From Octopus sinensis (Eukaryota): 64,000 nucleotides of DNA. Below are positions 24,329 through 38,734 of this stretch, piece after piece. The stretch's first letter is position 1; each line of letters opens with the position of its first letter. A program made the translations under genes and the position numbers. Where the stretch lies: contig NC_043001.1 in the NCBI RefSeq assembly GCF_006345805.1, forward strand, positions 58,900,001 through 58,964,000. Direction: 5' to 3'. The notes beneath the pieces were generated by a model that searched no databases, was not told where the DNA came from, and saw only the letters and a program-made list of their open reading frames with translations.

Positions 24329-24879
24329 TATAAATTTGTCGATTTACACTTGTAATTTCTGCAACAACAGATCATGTCAAATTGAATATTACATATTTCA
24401 AACAAGAATTTCTTTGGTTGCATCCAGAATTATGGAATAGCAACTTTGTCACAGGGAATATTTTTTATGGAAAAAACATGTTACTATCCATTAGTTTGAT
24501 TTTATTTGCTGTATTATGCTCTCGTCATTCTCCCCAAGTATCTCATATAATGACGGGGACAATTAGCGTGAGGCAAGTTTGTGGAATTTGTGATTTTAAA
24601 CTTTGCTATCACCACAACACCTCATTTCATTAATTTTATCTTATTTGCTATTGTTATGTTTACATAAGTACTTATTGCTCCTCTTTTATTCAACGTTTTC
24701 TAATTTTCAGGATACATGTTAGGATATATATGTAGACATAAGAAACTTCAATTCAATTTATTTTCAGTTTGCTTACCTGTATTGATTAAAGAAGAGAAAC
24801 CTGTTATTGTGAAGTTCATAATGTATTTTGTTAAAGGAAGACCTTATTTACTGTTGCTTAAATCCACACAGCTGCAAGT

Positions 24880-25390
24880 TAGATGTACCTATAACTCAGC
24901 AGAGACGGTCAAATCACTGCTCCTCATCTCCTTATTGCATTCCAGATTAACTTGTCTCTCTTGCTCCATAACCAGCAAGTGGCTCTTTCTGCTGCCTCTC
25001 CCATCCTGCTAATGGCTACCCTTCGCTCCCTTTCTATCACTACAATGACTGTAAGCATCCTCCATATCAACCGGGCAGAGAAGCTCCTACTGCCTCCCTC
25101 GACAGGGAAAAGCTATGAATGCCATCCTTTCACACTGCATTCTTTCAGGAGGCCCTCATGGCACGCTTCAGTTCGTAATCCTGATCACACCCCTCATCCC
25201 AAGGGACTGTAAGCTCGATCTGGATTTTGATTTTTTGGGACCTTTCAGACCATAGATCAATATCTGGCTTCAGGGTTGTAGGGTTACTGCAATGTCTCCA
25301 CCAGGTCCACTGCAGATGAGAGGGGAAATTGTAGCTGTCCAGACCTTATGTAAAGTGGTATTGAAATGAAATTTGGGGTAACAACAAGCA
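24880..25390 (-). mobile_element. HERO-like RLE LINE 3' fragment
   Basis: Minus strand: TLKPDIDLWS, IELTVPWDEGC, KGW..FPVEGG.R.F, RVAISRMGEAAERATCWLWSKR. Confidence 0.72.
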
Positions 25391-25803
25391 ACTTTTAGTG
25401 GAATTTCTTTACTTTCCTCTCCACCATGTTTACTTTACTCAATAGGATCGATCTCATATATTGTCAATAGCCATATGAGTTTCGGACGCATTCCGTTTTG
25501 GTAGAACCGTGTATTTACATGTAAGCCCTGATCTTTCATTCCTCCTCAACCAACCTTTGCTTGTTTTTCATTGTGTCTCCGCTTTCTCACTGTCGGACCC
25601 GTCGAGGTGTAGTTTGAGCCTTTTTGGTTTCTTTGTAGATTGTTCCGCAAAGACATTTTACTCCTAATATCTCCCCACAGAAAATGACGTTTGGGGCTAT
25701 CTGTGTCCGTAAATCGTTCCTGGTCTTTATCATTGAATTCGTCCTGTCGAGCCTCCCACTTTTCCCACCTCTCATATCTGTGTTTGTATATGTATGTATG
25801 TGT

Positions 25804-25843
<40 letters not shown>

Positions 25844-28229
25844 ATGTATGTATGTATGTATGTATGTATGTATGTACGTATGTATGTATGTATGTATGTA
25901 TTTATCCGCTGAATAAATCAATATATTTAGCTGCTATATATTTGCACATAAATAGGTAATGCATATCTAGTTGAGTGAACAGTATAGAATACAAATAACT
26001 GTATATTAATGGGTCGTGATCTGACGTATCACTCCTAATGGTGTCCATAGATATGTAAGTTAACTCTGGAATTGTCCAATCAACTTAGTCCTAAATAACA
26101 ACCGAAACACTTGTTGAAGCGGCTACTGCGATCAGGGGCAGTATTGTTTAATTAGCGAATATTTCCTTAGTTTCTTGTGTTCACCTCCTCGAATACGTTT
26201 AGCAAGGAGGTTGGTGTGCTTCTTCTCAAAATATGCCTTTGAGGCTGGTTTATCCACCTTAGAAAGTAGATACGAAAGGAATTAAGCATAGTACTGCAAT
26301 TTAATAGGCCATGCGTCACTTCTATTTACTGCGTTTTACTACGACTTCTGTAATCAATGCACGAATATAAAGTATGATCTAATGTTTAGGAACTTCGCTT
26401 TGCGAATTATTTGCTTCCATTTCATTCTTCTTGTGCAGGCTGTGATATTTACGCAAATCTTGTGTCTACACATGTGAAATCAATTGATTGCTATTGGTTT
26501 ATTTTGCGAAAGTCCTCTTAAACGAGTTATACAATATAGTTTTACAATGCAGTAAGTAATTGCCATAATGAAATTAATTATTTCATGTACTGGTGGAGAA
26601 TAAGTGGTTAACAACTCAATCAGTTACTAGGGACTCATTCTACACCACTGACAGAAATTATATACAATTCTTGCTTCAGCAATAGACTGATCAGAGTAAT
26701 TCACGAAAATGGGTGAGGCCTGTTTCATGGATTGTAACAGTAATTTTAATATCCAGGCTTAGTCAAATCCGTTGAGATACTTCGGGTTCTGGAGTACGTT
26801 ACATGTAACATCAATTCTATGTATAGGCAGTTCTCTTAACCGAATACTCACCATCGAAATCGACGGTAGTTCATTTGTTTAAACAGTGACAGTGAATCTG
26901 ATAAAGAATCAACCAAGCACCAGATAAGACGAGGGATAGTGCTCGAAATATTCATTAACCACATTAATTAAATTGTAAGGCGATACCCTGGATACACGAT
27001 TGTCAAATTCGGGATATTATGATTGACTGTATCAAGTATTTACATTGTTAACTACTGATTCTATTAATGTGATTGAATAAAGAGTTAAAATTGTTTACGT
27101 GCATTTCGGTTGAAAAAGCAAATCGATTTATTTATATTGCAAAGAACTACTCATTTGTTTTTCTTTTTTATGTTGAAAAGTGAGAACTATAGATTACTGT
27201 TTACTTGGAAATACTGAATTTCATTACGAAATTCCGCTACCATATTCTAATTTTATCTAGCAATAAGATTTTATTCTTGTTCATACAGTGTTCAATGCAT
27301 TTCATAACCGTTTCTCCATAACGAATATTGACATCTATGGAAAAAAGTGCTAGAACTTGGATGTTTGTCTTCTTTCAGTCCAGTTTGGGACACATAGCAA
27401 ATAATTATTGGCTGATTTCTATTCATGTATTGGAATTTCAGGAAGATTTAGATGGAATTTACAAACTCATGTTAAGTAGCTGCTGCAGAGCGAATCCTAA
27501 TTGTAATATGATTTTTCTTTCAGTTAATTTAGCGGTCTCGTAGTATAAAAAGGTTAATGTTGTTTCGGTATCTGTAGTTCATGTCAGGGATCTCTTAATA
27601 GAAATCCCACAATATCAGTCACCTAATGAACAAAATCTTACAGGAAAAAGTGAAGATTGGGATGCAAACATGTATTTTCACGAGAAAATCCAACCCCTAC
27701 GTTCCTATATGTTCGGCATGTGACTCGCAAATCATGACATGTTTAGATTTCTGATTTCCGAGAATGGCTTCAGTAATTTATTTACAAGATATCAATGCAA
27801 AAGATTGTTTCTTTGCATTTTCACATGAAAAATCACTCATTGACTATTGAAATACCATGATGATTTTTGAAAAATTAACATCGATATCACTGCGATGTGT
27901 GAAAACTGACTTGAAGAGATAGTCTGTTTATATTTTCGTATTCTGATGGTAAATGGAAAAAAGAAAAATAATCTAAGGATGCGATTTGCTGTTAAGATCA
28001 GGATGGTTTGGAACCATCAATGAACCACAAGTTTATGCAAAAGAAGAAAATACTGGTTTGATGAGATAAGGTCGTGAAAGAATTATGCATGTTAATAATT
28101 ACACTACGTCAACCATCTTCTGGCACGTTAGACGAAATACGAACCTTTTTTTTTTTTGTTAATAGACTCTATATTGTCTTAAAGAAAAAAGAGGACCTCC
28201 TCAATATGTTTAAATACCCAGGCCTATTC

Positions 28230-30130
28230 CTCATCTTTTTAGGAGGGGATATTTACCACAAGACTCACATCAGGCATTTCGTTCATTTCCCAGCTCAAAG
28301 AGGCGAGCCCCGTTCTATGCACGAGTCAAATCACACAACGCAACCCCTAATATCACCAGTGAGGCCCAGCAGGATATGCTGGTTTACTCCCGCTGCATAA
28401 TGCTGGTTTTGTACACCTTTGAGCAACATCAAATTCACTGATCCGTCCACAAACACTTTCCAAGCGTTCCTATCATTTACCACTTCTGCCTTCATCACCC
28501 TCCTTACCGCTTCTACCCCATCCCCTCCATGTGGCCAACCACCTCAACATTCGTCTATCCATTGTGATTGTTAGTTTTTCTCTCAAACCTGCTCGCCTTC
28601 GCATCTTCTCATTCTTCTTCCTGTCCATCCGCGTCATACCAACCATAGCTATCAAACATCTCATCTCAAACACATCTAGTCGCCTCCTTTACGGCTCTCT
28701 GAGCACCCACGTCCATGCATGATATAACATTGTCAGCACAATCACGCACACATACACGCTTCTTTTCGCTTTCTTACTCAACTTATCTCTCAACATGCCT
28801 TTCACAGCTCCAAGTCTCTGACTCAGCTCCCTCACTCTATATCCCACTTCTTCAAACAACACTCCTCCCAGCCACCGTCACATGTGATCCTAGATACTTA
28901 AAAACACTCACCTCCTCTAACATTTCACCATTTATACTCACATCCATCCAACCAGCCATTCCTTCTCTCGAACATCTCATCATCTTACTCTTAGCTACTT
29001 TCACTTTCAATTTTCTCCTCTCACACACCAGTCTTTCCCGTTGCTCTTCTAAATCCGCCACCAGTGCTGAATCATCAGCAAACAACATCTGACTCACCTA
29101 TCATTTCTCTCCATTTTCGCCCAACTTTTGGATTTCCCTATCAAAAGTTCTAGCATTTACCTCTCTCATCACACCATCCATATGTAAATTAAACTGACAC
29201 AGAGACATAAACATCCTGTCTAATCCCACCTTCACATCAACCCACCCACTTATTTCACCGCGCACCCTAACGCACGCCCTACCTTCTCTATAAAAACTCG
29301 GTACAGGTCTCAATAATCTACCATCTATTCCATACAACCACAACACCTGCCACATTGCCCCCGTATCCACATGATCATATGCCTTCTTAGGTCCATAAAG
29401 GCCGAACACAACACACACCTTTTTGCCAAAAATTGTTCATACATCTGTCTTACTACAAATATGTGATCTGTATACACCGTTCCACTCCTAAAACCGCATT
29501 GCTCCTCCCCTAATACACTCTCTGTCTGGTTCCTCACCCTCACAATAAGAATTCTCCCATACAGTTTACCAACCACTCACAACACACTTATACCCCTAAA
29601 ATTTCCACACTCACATTTATCTCCTTTCCCCTTGTACAGTGGCACTATACAGGCACTGCACTAGTCCTTTGGTACTCTTCCAGCCATATAATAGACATTC
29701 ATAAACCTCACTGACCATTCAATCACTATCGCTCCTTTCTTTAGGCATTCCACCGTACACCCATCTATACCTGACGCCTTCCGGTTTGCCATGTCCCCCC
29801 TTCTCTTCCCTTCCAATTGCACCATAGTTCTATTATCTAACAACAGGCGTTCTCCTCTCTCTTCCTACAGACACTATACTTACCTTCCTAACATCTTCCA
29901 CATTTAACAGCTCTCTGAAATACCCTGCCCATCTCCTTCTGTGCTTCTTTCCAAAACGTCTATTTAATTCTTACAAAATGTTCACTCAATTTCTTCCCGA
30001 ACCTTTTTTTTTTTCGCCTCCAATTTCACCACCCTCACCACTTCCTTTACTCTCCTCTTCACTTCTCTGTAGCAAGCCTCTCCATCCCTTTTTTGCAACG
30101 ACTTTCCTAACCGCTTGTCTTTTTCTTGTT
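28230..30130 (-). mobile_element. RTE-clade LINE, degenerate RT and C-terminus, 5'-truncated
   Basis: KASGIDG, GKLYGRIL, EEQCGFRSG, KKAYDHV, LFADDSAL, FKYLGS, FEMRCL..MVGMTRMDR..NE. Confidence 0.92.
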
Positions 30131-30284
30131 GTCTTTTTAGGAATATGAGATTACTAGGAGTGGATTCCCATTCCCTTCGCCTCCGCCCCTTTTAGTTGCC
30201 TCTTACGCCCCACAGGGAATACGGCGACTGCATTCTACCGGTCCAACCCACCTCCATCCCTAGTTGCAGAGAGTTTGCTAGTTA

Positions 30285-30436
30285 ACTCATAGACGGGACT
30301 CTTACATGTGCTATCACTCCGGGCCAGAGTAGACCTGGGAACAATTGTGGGTAAGAGGTGGTACCACACTCCTCAAACCTTGAAACCAAGGTCCAGGGTC
30401 CCACTACCGGATTTAGTTTATAGTCATACCCAGGAC
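30285..30436. repeat. Short interspersed repeat (ACTCCGGGCCAGAGTAGACCTGGGA... family)
   Basis: Resembles a high-copy cephalopod repeat (from recall, not a search). Confidence 0.45.
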
Positions 30437-30659
30437 TTAATAATGCACATCTAAATATAAACCCGACTGATAATGAACTTGATAATAGAATGCCAAATTC
30501 TATAAAGGCCGAACTATGATAAACGACAATCATAACTTGAAAGATGGTGAGTGTCGAAGTGATTGACCTCTTCACTTGTCGGTAATGTGACCCATAGCAG
30601 TATTAGTTGCGAGTTCGAAGACTTAGACATGCAGGTGCAGTTGTGGAGTCACAGGTCAA

Positions 30660-31170
30660 GTATGTCTGGTACCGCCGATAACTGAGATGGAGGACAATAG
30701 TTCGTGTCTTCAGGTCTCTGGTCCTCCTTTTCTTGCTCTATAGTGGTGAGACTGGCAATATCCGGGCCCTGAGGAGCCGACTGAATTGATTTGGTGCAAG
30801 GACGCTTAGCAAGGTCATAGGATATCATTGGTTGGATTTCGTTTCCAACCAAAGACTGTTCACAGAAACTGACAATGTTTTATGTTACTTGTTATATTCA
30901 GTAGCGTCACCTCAGAATGTTTGGAAATGTATATATTTTGCGAGTTCAATCCTGCATACATTGTCGTCTTTTCTAAGGATCCGGGCGGGGTGATGAATTC
31001 TGTTAATCGACCATATGGTTTATGCTTATGGTGTATGAGGAATCATTTAGCATTGGTGGAGACTGACTGCGATACTGCTCGGATGGTTGCTCAGGACAAC
31101 CCGAGCAAATAACGACAATTCGTTGGTGCAGTGACGCGCTGCAACGGCGCATGACCCTAAACAAGTCCTG
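30660..31170 (+). mobile_element. RTE-clade LINE 3' fragment
   Basis: RVFRSLVL..LLYSGET..LRSRLN*FGARTL..VIGYHWLDFVSNQRL, followed by DP..RP..A.DNP..RQ.V C-terminal motifs. Confidence 0.7.
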
Positions 31171-33240
31171 AAAATGGATGAAACTATGAGGTTAGAATGG
31201 AACCATACCGCTTTAAACGACTTTGGAAGGGGCAAGGGTAAAATAGTTTCTAAATAAATGTGTGATGGCAACAATAGCTTTGATTATATGTATGCTTAAT
31301 AATATGTGACAATGGATGCACAGCAGCGGCAACATCTACATCGACAATAAATTTGAATGTAATATGTTTGTGATTAATATGAATATCAATAAACATTATG
31401 TAAGCAGGTTGTCACTAAATCACACCTGAAAGCTGTTGACTGTTGATATATCTTATATACAACTAAAAATAGGTAATTATTGACACAAACAAACAAAAAG
31501 CATCGATGTGAAGTGTAAAGTATAAGGCATTTTTCTCTTTTCAAAATCTCAGATTTATTATCTTGACAACTTCTAGTAAACATTAAAACTTTTACTCGGA
31601 ACAAGAAAATGTTTAAAAAATACAAAACTGTATAAAATAATAAAGAGAGAGAAAGGTAAAGTACTTTTATATTATTGTTTTATATTATCGGATTTTAGTT
31701 TTGTTGTACGTTTGGGAAATCAGGAACTGTGTCAACAGTTCATATTCCTCAAGGTATATATACATATAACAAAACAAAAGTATATTAACATACACGGTAA
31801 AATGCTCGGAATGATTATATATTCATTGTTGTCAGAATCATCTTAAATGTTCCGTATGTTTATGACAATCTCGTTAAACAAGCAATTGTTTTGTGATTGT
31901 TTCAGTTCCGAAGCCAAAATAATATCCTCTGTTACTAAGCTGGAGTAATATACAAATGTAGATGAGATCCCAGAAAAGCAAATATACACGGATGATATAG
32001 AGTCTTATTCTTCTGCGACAATACTTCAAAGGCTTCTGTTTAGACATCTAGATTTATGTGTCAGAAGATTGTTTTCAATTTCCTTTTGGAATAATTCAAT
32101 TTGCTTAGTCAATTATTACACAGGCGCAACCGTTTCTATTTAGAAAGAACTAAACCGGAAATTTGTACTGCCATAGGCTATGTGGATGAAACTATCACTT
32201 TTTAACCAGTAGTGGTAGGTTCTATTCAACTAATCGGAATTTTGGACAACTGCTTTCATTATAATTCCAATGCCATGTGTGCGTAGATGTGTTTATGAGT
32301 GTGCATTTATTTGTAGCAGTTTAGGGCGAAAATCAGTACTATCAAGCAGAAATTCCAAGCAGTACATCGATGTCCCATTTACACTTCGTATTTGACATGA
32401 ACAATGCAATATTAAGATGTTTTAATCGATACAATAGAGCAAAACGCGGGAAGTTAAAAACTAAATAGTAAAAATACTATTTTCATGAGACCTCCACTAA
32501 GTTATCAGGAACTGTTGGCGTAAAAGTTAGCATATGGCCTACCCGTAAAATTTAGACATATTTAAAATTTGACCAATCTTCATCAGTGCCGAGTGTCACG
32601 CTTTACAATCTATGTATCAAATATGTGCGTTACATGTGACGTTAATAAAAATAAGCACCAGAACCTTTGTGTAACTGGTCAACACTGGTGACTCTGTATT
32701 TAAGTGGGTATATGCTCGAAAATGTTGGTGAAACTCCTCTAACAGGTTCCCATTTCCCAGAGCACTCAATAGGGGATTATTTCAATCTCTTGCCATTTGC
32801 AAAACATACGCGTTGAGATTGTAACGTAAAATATGTACTATTACAATACTTTCTGTAAGGCGGCGTGTTCAATATCTTACGCAATCAGTCAATTGTTCTC
32901 TAATCTGCGATCAAATGTTCGAGATATAACAATATTTTTTTTCCTGGTTTGATAGCTCAGATAATTATCAAAATCTATTTCTATATTCCTAGCAGTCACA
33001 AATTTTACCCAACGTCATCCACGACAGCATATTTAAAAACTGCAGATAACATTCCGAATTGCACAGAATACGCTCATTGCCACCAATGTATCTATGCCAT
33101 TAGGCAAGTAACCTGCATGTGCTTATATACTCATGATGTAAAACTGTTCTGTTGCCATGGGTAGAATTACAATTTCAATCATGACAGAGCGAAAAACCTC
33201 CTATATTAAAAGAAGCAACAAGATCTGAAACAACAGCAGT

Positions 33241-33480
33241 GTGGAGGCGCAATGGTCTAGTGGTTAGGTAGCGGACGCGCGGTCGTAGGAGCGTGGTTTC
33301 GATTCCCAGACCGGTCATTGTGAGTTTTTATTGAGCAAAGACACCTAAGCTCCACGAGACTCCGGTGGGGGTTGGGTGGTGAAACCCGCTGTACTCTTTC
33401 ACAACTTTCACTCTTGTAAGCTGTACACAACTTTCTCTCACTTTTGCTTCCTACTTCTGCCACAGATTAGAGGAACCATG
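33241..33480 (+). mobile_element. tRNA-derived SINE
   Basis: A box TGGTCTAGTGG and B box GGTTTCGATTCC, followed by a TTGAGCAAAGACACC central-domain-like motif. Confidence 0.8.
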
Positions 33481-33744
33481 GTTTAAACTACTATGGTGTT
33501 GTTAACTTTCAAACCCTAGTCTAGAGTGCGATATCCAGTATACCCAAGGATGGTTGAGCTCTCGAGCTGATAAAACCCACCGTTTACGGAATGAGGGTAA
33601 CAACGTAGTTTTCGCGCCCGTGCAACTGCCAGTCTATTGCGTGTGGTAGGTGGATTTTCAAGTTGCCATACGCATTCTTAGTAGCTCAGAGTAGGCTCGA
33701 ATTAGAGATTATTCTTTGTGACTAATGGCGTGAGTCCTGATTGG

Positions 33745-33881
33745 AAGAAGAAGAAGAAGAAGAAGAAGAAGAAGAAGAAGAAGAAGAAGAAGAAGAGAAG
33801 AAAGAAGAAGAAGAAGAAGAAGAAGAAGAAGAAGAAGAAGAAGAAGAAGAAGAAGAAGAAGAAGAAGAAGAAGAAGAAGAA
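33745..33881. repeat. (GAA)n microsatellite
   Basis: About 45 GAA units with one interruption. Confidence 0.98.
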
Positions 33882-34914
33882 AAGAGCAGTAGCAAGAACG
33901 AAAGAAAAACAAACAAAAACAACTAACTGAGGAACCACTTAAGTACACATTTCTTCAAAAAGAAAATGACAAGCTGATGGAGTATATCCACTCAACATAC
34001 TGGGTAAACATACTCTATTATATTGAGTCCTCTCAGTATGCCAGATTTTTCTCGTCTTGCCAGCCGTATAATTTGACAAACGGATTCGAAACATCTCTAG
34101 CAGATTTGGGCAAGGTCGCTAAAATAAAGTACTAGTCAAGTACTAACATCGATGGTGTCGATAAATATGTTTCCTTCAACCTTGCTAGCGTGATACCAGA
34201 CTCAGAAACAACGAGTGGTGTCTACACGTACTCGAAATATGTTTGTAAGTTGGTTGTTTATTTACCCATTTAGAAATTTTTATAGTTTATTATTGTTAAA
34301 TATCTCTTTCTTTTTTCTAAATAAAACCTCGTCAAGCTGGTCAATTCTTTTATTTCCAGTCCTTTGGGCGCTAAATTTTAAAATTTGGTTTTGAAAAATG
34401 TAATGTAAAAAGTTGGCTTCGAATTCCTCTTAAAAGCACACGAATGAGAGCGGACGTGAATGCGTAAGATAGATGAAATCCATATATTCTTCTTCTCTCC
34501 TTCAGTCAGTCAACTGACAATGACCTTCCCATACTCAAAATACACTGTCTTAGAACTATGTTATTATCAACAACAACAATAACAACAGCATCAGTGGTGG
34601 AAAAGAATGCAAAGCAGTGTATTGCGACAATAAAAATACAAATATCACCACTGCACCAGCGTCGTTACTGTCATGCCAGTAGCAAGTAGGAAACTCAGCC
34701 AGTAGTAATAAAATCGGTATTAAGCTGGGTACCATTCGAAAAGCAACTTTAGTTTTCGAAGTTGTGAAAATTCATGGAGAAAGTATCCAAGGAGCGAGGT
34801 ATAAAAGAGCATTACCACCTTGGTTACAAACAAGTGAGATATGGTGCAAAAAGAAAACAAGAAAAGTGATAATGTGCGTGTGCGTGCGTGTGTGTGTGTG
34901 TGTGTGTGTGTGTT

Positions 34915-34985
34915 TGAAGGCGCATTGCTATGTGGTTAGAGAGTCGAGCTCACGATAGTGAGGTTCTGAGTTCGATTCCCGGACC
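34915..34985 (+). mobile_element. Isolated tRNA-like SINE head (same family as 63277-63597); putative SINE tail at about 35152-35168
   Basis: AAGGCGCATTGCTATGTGGTTAGAG...GAGTTCGATTCCCGGACC aligns to the head of the minus-strand SINE at 63597. Confidence 0.65.
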
Positions 34986-35176
34986 AATCAATATTGCGAG
35001 TATACTTTGTCTATGTCATCATCACCGTAATTTAAGTGTTCAGCATTTATAATGTTGAGTACTATTATGGTCATCATCATCATCCTCATCCTCATCATCA
35101 TCATCATCGTCATGTATATCATTAAAATCATCATCAACATCAACATCCTACAACCAACGGAGTGCCACGAATATAT

Positions 35177-35277
<101 letters not shown>

Positions 35278-35979
35278 TATATATAAGACGTAATTAAATT
35301 TGACTATTAAAATTTAAAATTTAGCATGTAAACTATATTATGGGTATGTCCCTATTAGTGTGCCAGAAGAGCACGTTCACCTCTTAAGGCTATCTGGCAT
35401 CATCCACGGTAAATGTACATATGTTGCTGGATCTACGTTGGAATTCCTCGGTGCGCATTGAGTATATTAGAAATAACTGACACGGAAGAGAGGGTATACG
35501 GGCAACTTTCTTTATCACAACATATGTGTGTGCGTGCATACAAACACACATATACATACACACACACACACATATGGGAAAGTATGGAGACTATGAGCAA
35601 GCGACAAATGCCCAAATAGAAATGTGTTTGAAATCAATCGATAATTTCAAGATAGAGTAGAACTGGCGTCTTAGAAGAAATTCTCTCTATAAGACGTTGA
35701 ATAAAACTCCTAAAATAATAAGCTCTTTCCTATGCGAGTCTATCCAAGCCGGTGATTGTTTCAGTTTAGAATTATGGGTGAGTGACCGGCCAGAATTTCT
35801 GGAAGACAATCCCGATATAATAAACCTAGTCAATGGTAAACTGCAGTAGTGGAAGTTAGATGCTTTCTACATGGTAACTAAACTCATCTAAGGGAATTCT
35901 GCCCCCAAAGTCACCAACAAATGCATTCTGCCAGCACCATATCGCTCAAGAACGTGTGTAAAACAAGGCCAAGGGCAAC

Positions 35980-37850
35980 AAAGACAACAACATAAGCAGC
36001 AGCAATAACAGCAGACATTAAAGCAACAGCAATATCAGTGACACTAGCAAAATCAAAAAGAAGAAAGCACGAGCAGGAAAATCAATAAAAAGAAAAGCAG
36101 TCTCGAAAGCAACAGCCATAGAAACTAATAACAGCAAATAGCAATAGCAGCAGTAACAACACCAACAACATGAAGCACCACTAATAAAATCGACAATAGA
36201 ATAAATCCCCAATTCTGCACAGACAATCCCCACACCTCCGATCTTTTGGTCATGTCAGGCAACGACAGCAAATCAAGAACCAAATAAATAAATCTGACAC
36301 AAAACGAAAACGTCGAAGACCAGCCAACATAGCAGGTGAGAAGGTTCCAGACAGTGGCAGTTTTACTGTTACCACCGCCTACACCAACGATAGACACTAC
36401 AACAACCACAAAACCAAACAAACCACGACAGCTAATGTTCGAAAACTTTAGACACTTCATAGCTATATAAAATCAGTGACCCAGAGTCAGTTTCAATCCA
36501 ATGCAGAAATTCAATGCACAATGTTACAATATGCCTTACACAAGATCCTCTCAAAACATTTTTTTTAAATATAGGGAGTTTCGTGATACAGTAACCCAAA
36601 GACTAAAAATATTTGCTTGAGGAAATGCCCTCAACAAGATGGAAGATCGGACAACTGATCTTTCCAATGAAACAAAGTAAACTAACTTTCAGCATTCCTG
36701 CGAAGACTGCTTTACTCAGGTTGGGCAGCATAAATAAGCGTACATTGGGTTTACCTTGGAGGCAAATCAACTTATTAACCGGCATCAGATTAGTAGATAC
36801 AGATGATGTAGCTGTCAGCGTCAGAAGAGTACAACCCGCTCACATTCTTGTCACTTGTTCATGAATACGTAATATACAGTTCGCCTGCAAGAGAAAGAGG
36901 ATGTGGGTGGGTGTTGTTTCACAAAGGTCCATAATTCGAGGCACGAAATATTTTCCTGGACAGGATATTAAGCTGTAGTAAAAGTGGTGCCCTCAGAATA
37001 GTGAACCTGTATGCTCTGAGGTAGAGAGCGTCCACATTTCTACAGCTATCTATAATTGCTTTCGTGAACATTCCGCTGTTTATAATAAGTGCAAACTAGA
37101 ACGGTATTAGAGACTCACAGTGGAATTACACGGATCCAACTTACAGAAGAGGGCTTTTAAAAACGTACTAAACACGCTTAGATGAAATTTTTCACACCAT
37201 CCGACTGGATTTCCTGAACATAGCAACGTAAACATCAGTCCAGAGCATCAGATCAACCAAATCTTATATAGATAAGGTATTTATAAAGTCAATAGGTAGG
37301 GGTAGTGTAGAATGACCACAATTTCAACAACTTGATTACACATACCACAAATATATGATCTTTATGGTCACCATCGATAGAAAACAAGTGGACACACAGA
37401 GAATCTACAGATTGGTGATTTATTTAAGAAGTATTTAATGCTGGGTATATCTGAAAAGGGCGATTAGATCAGAATGTGTAGGTTTTAGTGAGGAAAGAGT
37501 GATCCGCTACAAAATCCAATATGTGATTTACAGTATATACCTAGAGATGAGGGGAAAAACAGGAGCCTAGTTTCTGAATCTTAGCAAGTTTTCCCAAACA
37601 GGAAAACTGTGGGCAGTTGATGCTGTCGAACGTCAATTAATGGTGGTAGTGGTGTGGTATTAAAGAAAGAAGTTATGAAAGGTGAATCACAGCAAAATAT
37701 TCAGGAAATCAATAGCGTCCAGTAAAATGGTAACAAAGAGAACTAAATTAGAAGTGAAGCAAGGAAATTGGAGTGGATTTTAAAAACGTAGTTCTACCGA
37801 AATGCTACCGGCGAGAATTGTCCGGGATCAAGTTATCAAAGCGGAACATG
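35980..37850 (+). mobile_element. Highly decayed L1/Tx1-like LINE: ORF1 tail and AP endonuclease
   Basis: K/A-rich ORF1-like tail, then GALRIVNLYAL (RIINVYAP-like) and TKSYIDKVFIK, matching PRSYLDKVIIR in the 55690-58160 element. Confidence 0.55.
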
Positions 37851-38734
37851 AGTGAGAGATATGACAATAAACACGAGGGAGAAAATTCCATTCAGTGGAT
37901 CAGTGCAACAGAAGTATAGCATAAAGACAAAGGCACAATACGGTTTTCATGGGACAAAACTGGCCCTAGGCTATGTGGCTGCATGTAGAAGAGTTTTTCC
38001 GGTCTCTTTTGTTTACTGTGACAGATGGAAGTGGACACAACGCCGTACGTTAAGCTGATAGCTGCAATTCAAAGAGTTGTGTGGATGACAAATCAAATGG
38101 ATCGGTCATTCTAGTAGCATTCTCTTCCTACCTCCTTCTCGTCTTTGCATTTTACTTGTATTAAGGGAAAATATACTTTTGTTTCACTGTTTAAAACACG
38201 TTCTAGTCAAGCATAGTTAAATAAAATTAATTATATAAAGGAAAATAATCGCATAAGAAGCTATCCTTGACGCACGGAGTTTGAGAACAAAAGAAAGAAG
38301 CTTACTTTGCATAGTCCAAAATTGTATTTCCACATATATTTTTATGTCAAAGACGGCTATTACGTATAATATCAACAATGGCACAAAAGACACAAGATCA
38401 AAACACATAAATATATCTGCAACAGAGAAAAAATATACAGAACAGTGAACTATTTATAGAAGGAAATATTCCAAATATTAAAATAAGTCATTTGGAAAAT
38501 AGCATCAAAAATAAACAAGTAACTCTTACATCATTCCATATACTGCGGTCCGTTCATGTTGCAGCTGTTTGAAAACACATTGAATCGATAGTATTTTTGG
38601 AACTATTTCATTTTCAAGCAAAAGTGTAGATAGAAAAAGTTTTGAAAATTCCAACAGCATCTGTGGCCCAGGATTTAATGCAATACGGGACGAATGAAAA
38701 TCTTACTTGAAAATGTATATATCGCAGCTTTAAG

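Noticed and set aside
26740-27400. Minus-strand FSIDV, DFDGEY and LDIKI strings resembling PLE RT motifs
   Set aside because: The spacing is too long for a PLE RT and the matches are short.
27290-27730. Candidate plus-strand exons with good acceptors
   Set aside because: The obvious micro-exon has stops in all three frames, and I could not build a consistent spliced ORF.
33243-33315. tRNA genes at the SINE heads (also 34915, 44198, 63530)
   Set aside because: The cloverleaf is imperfect and each continues into a SINE body or SINE-like context.
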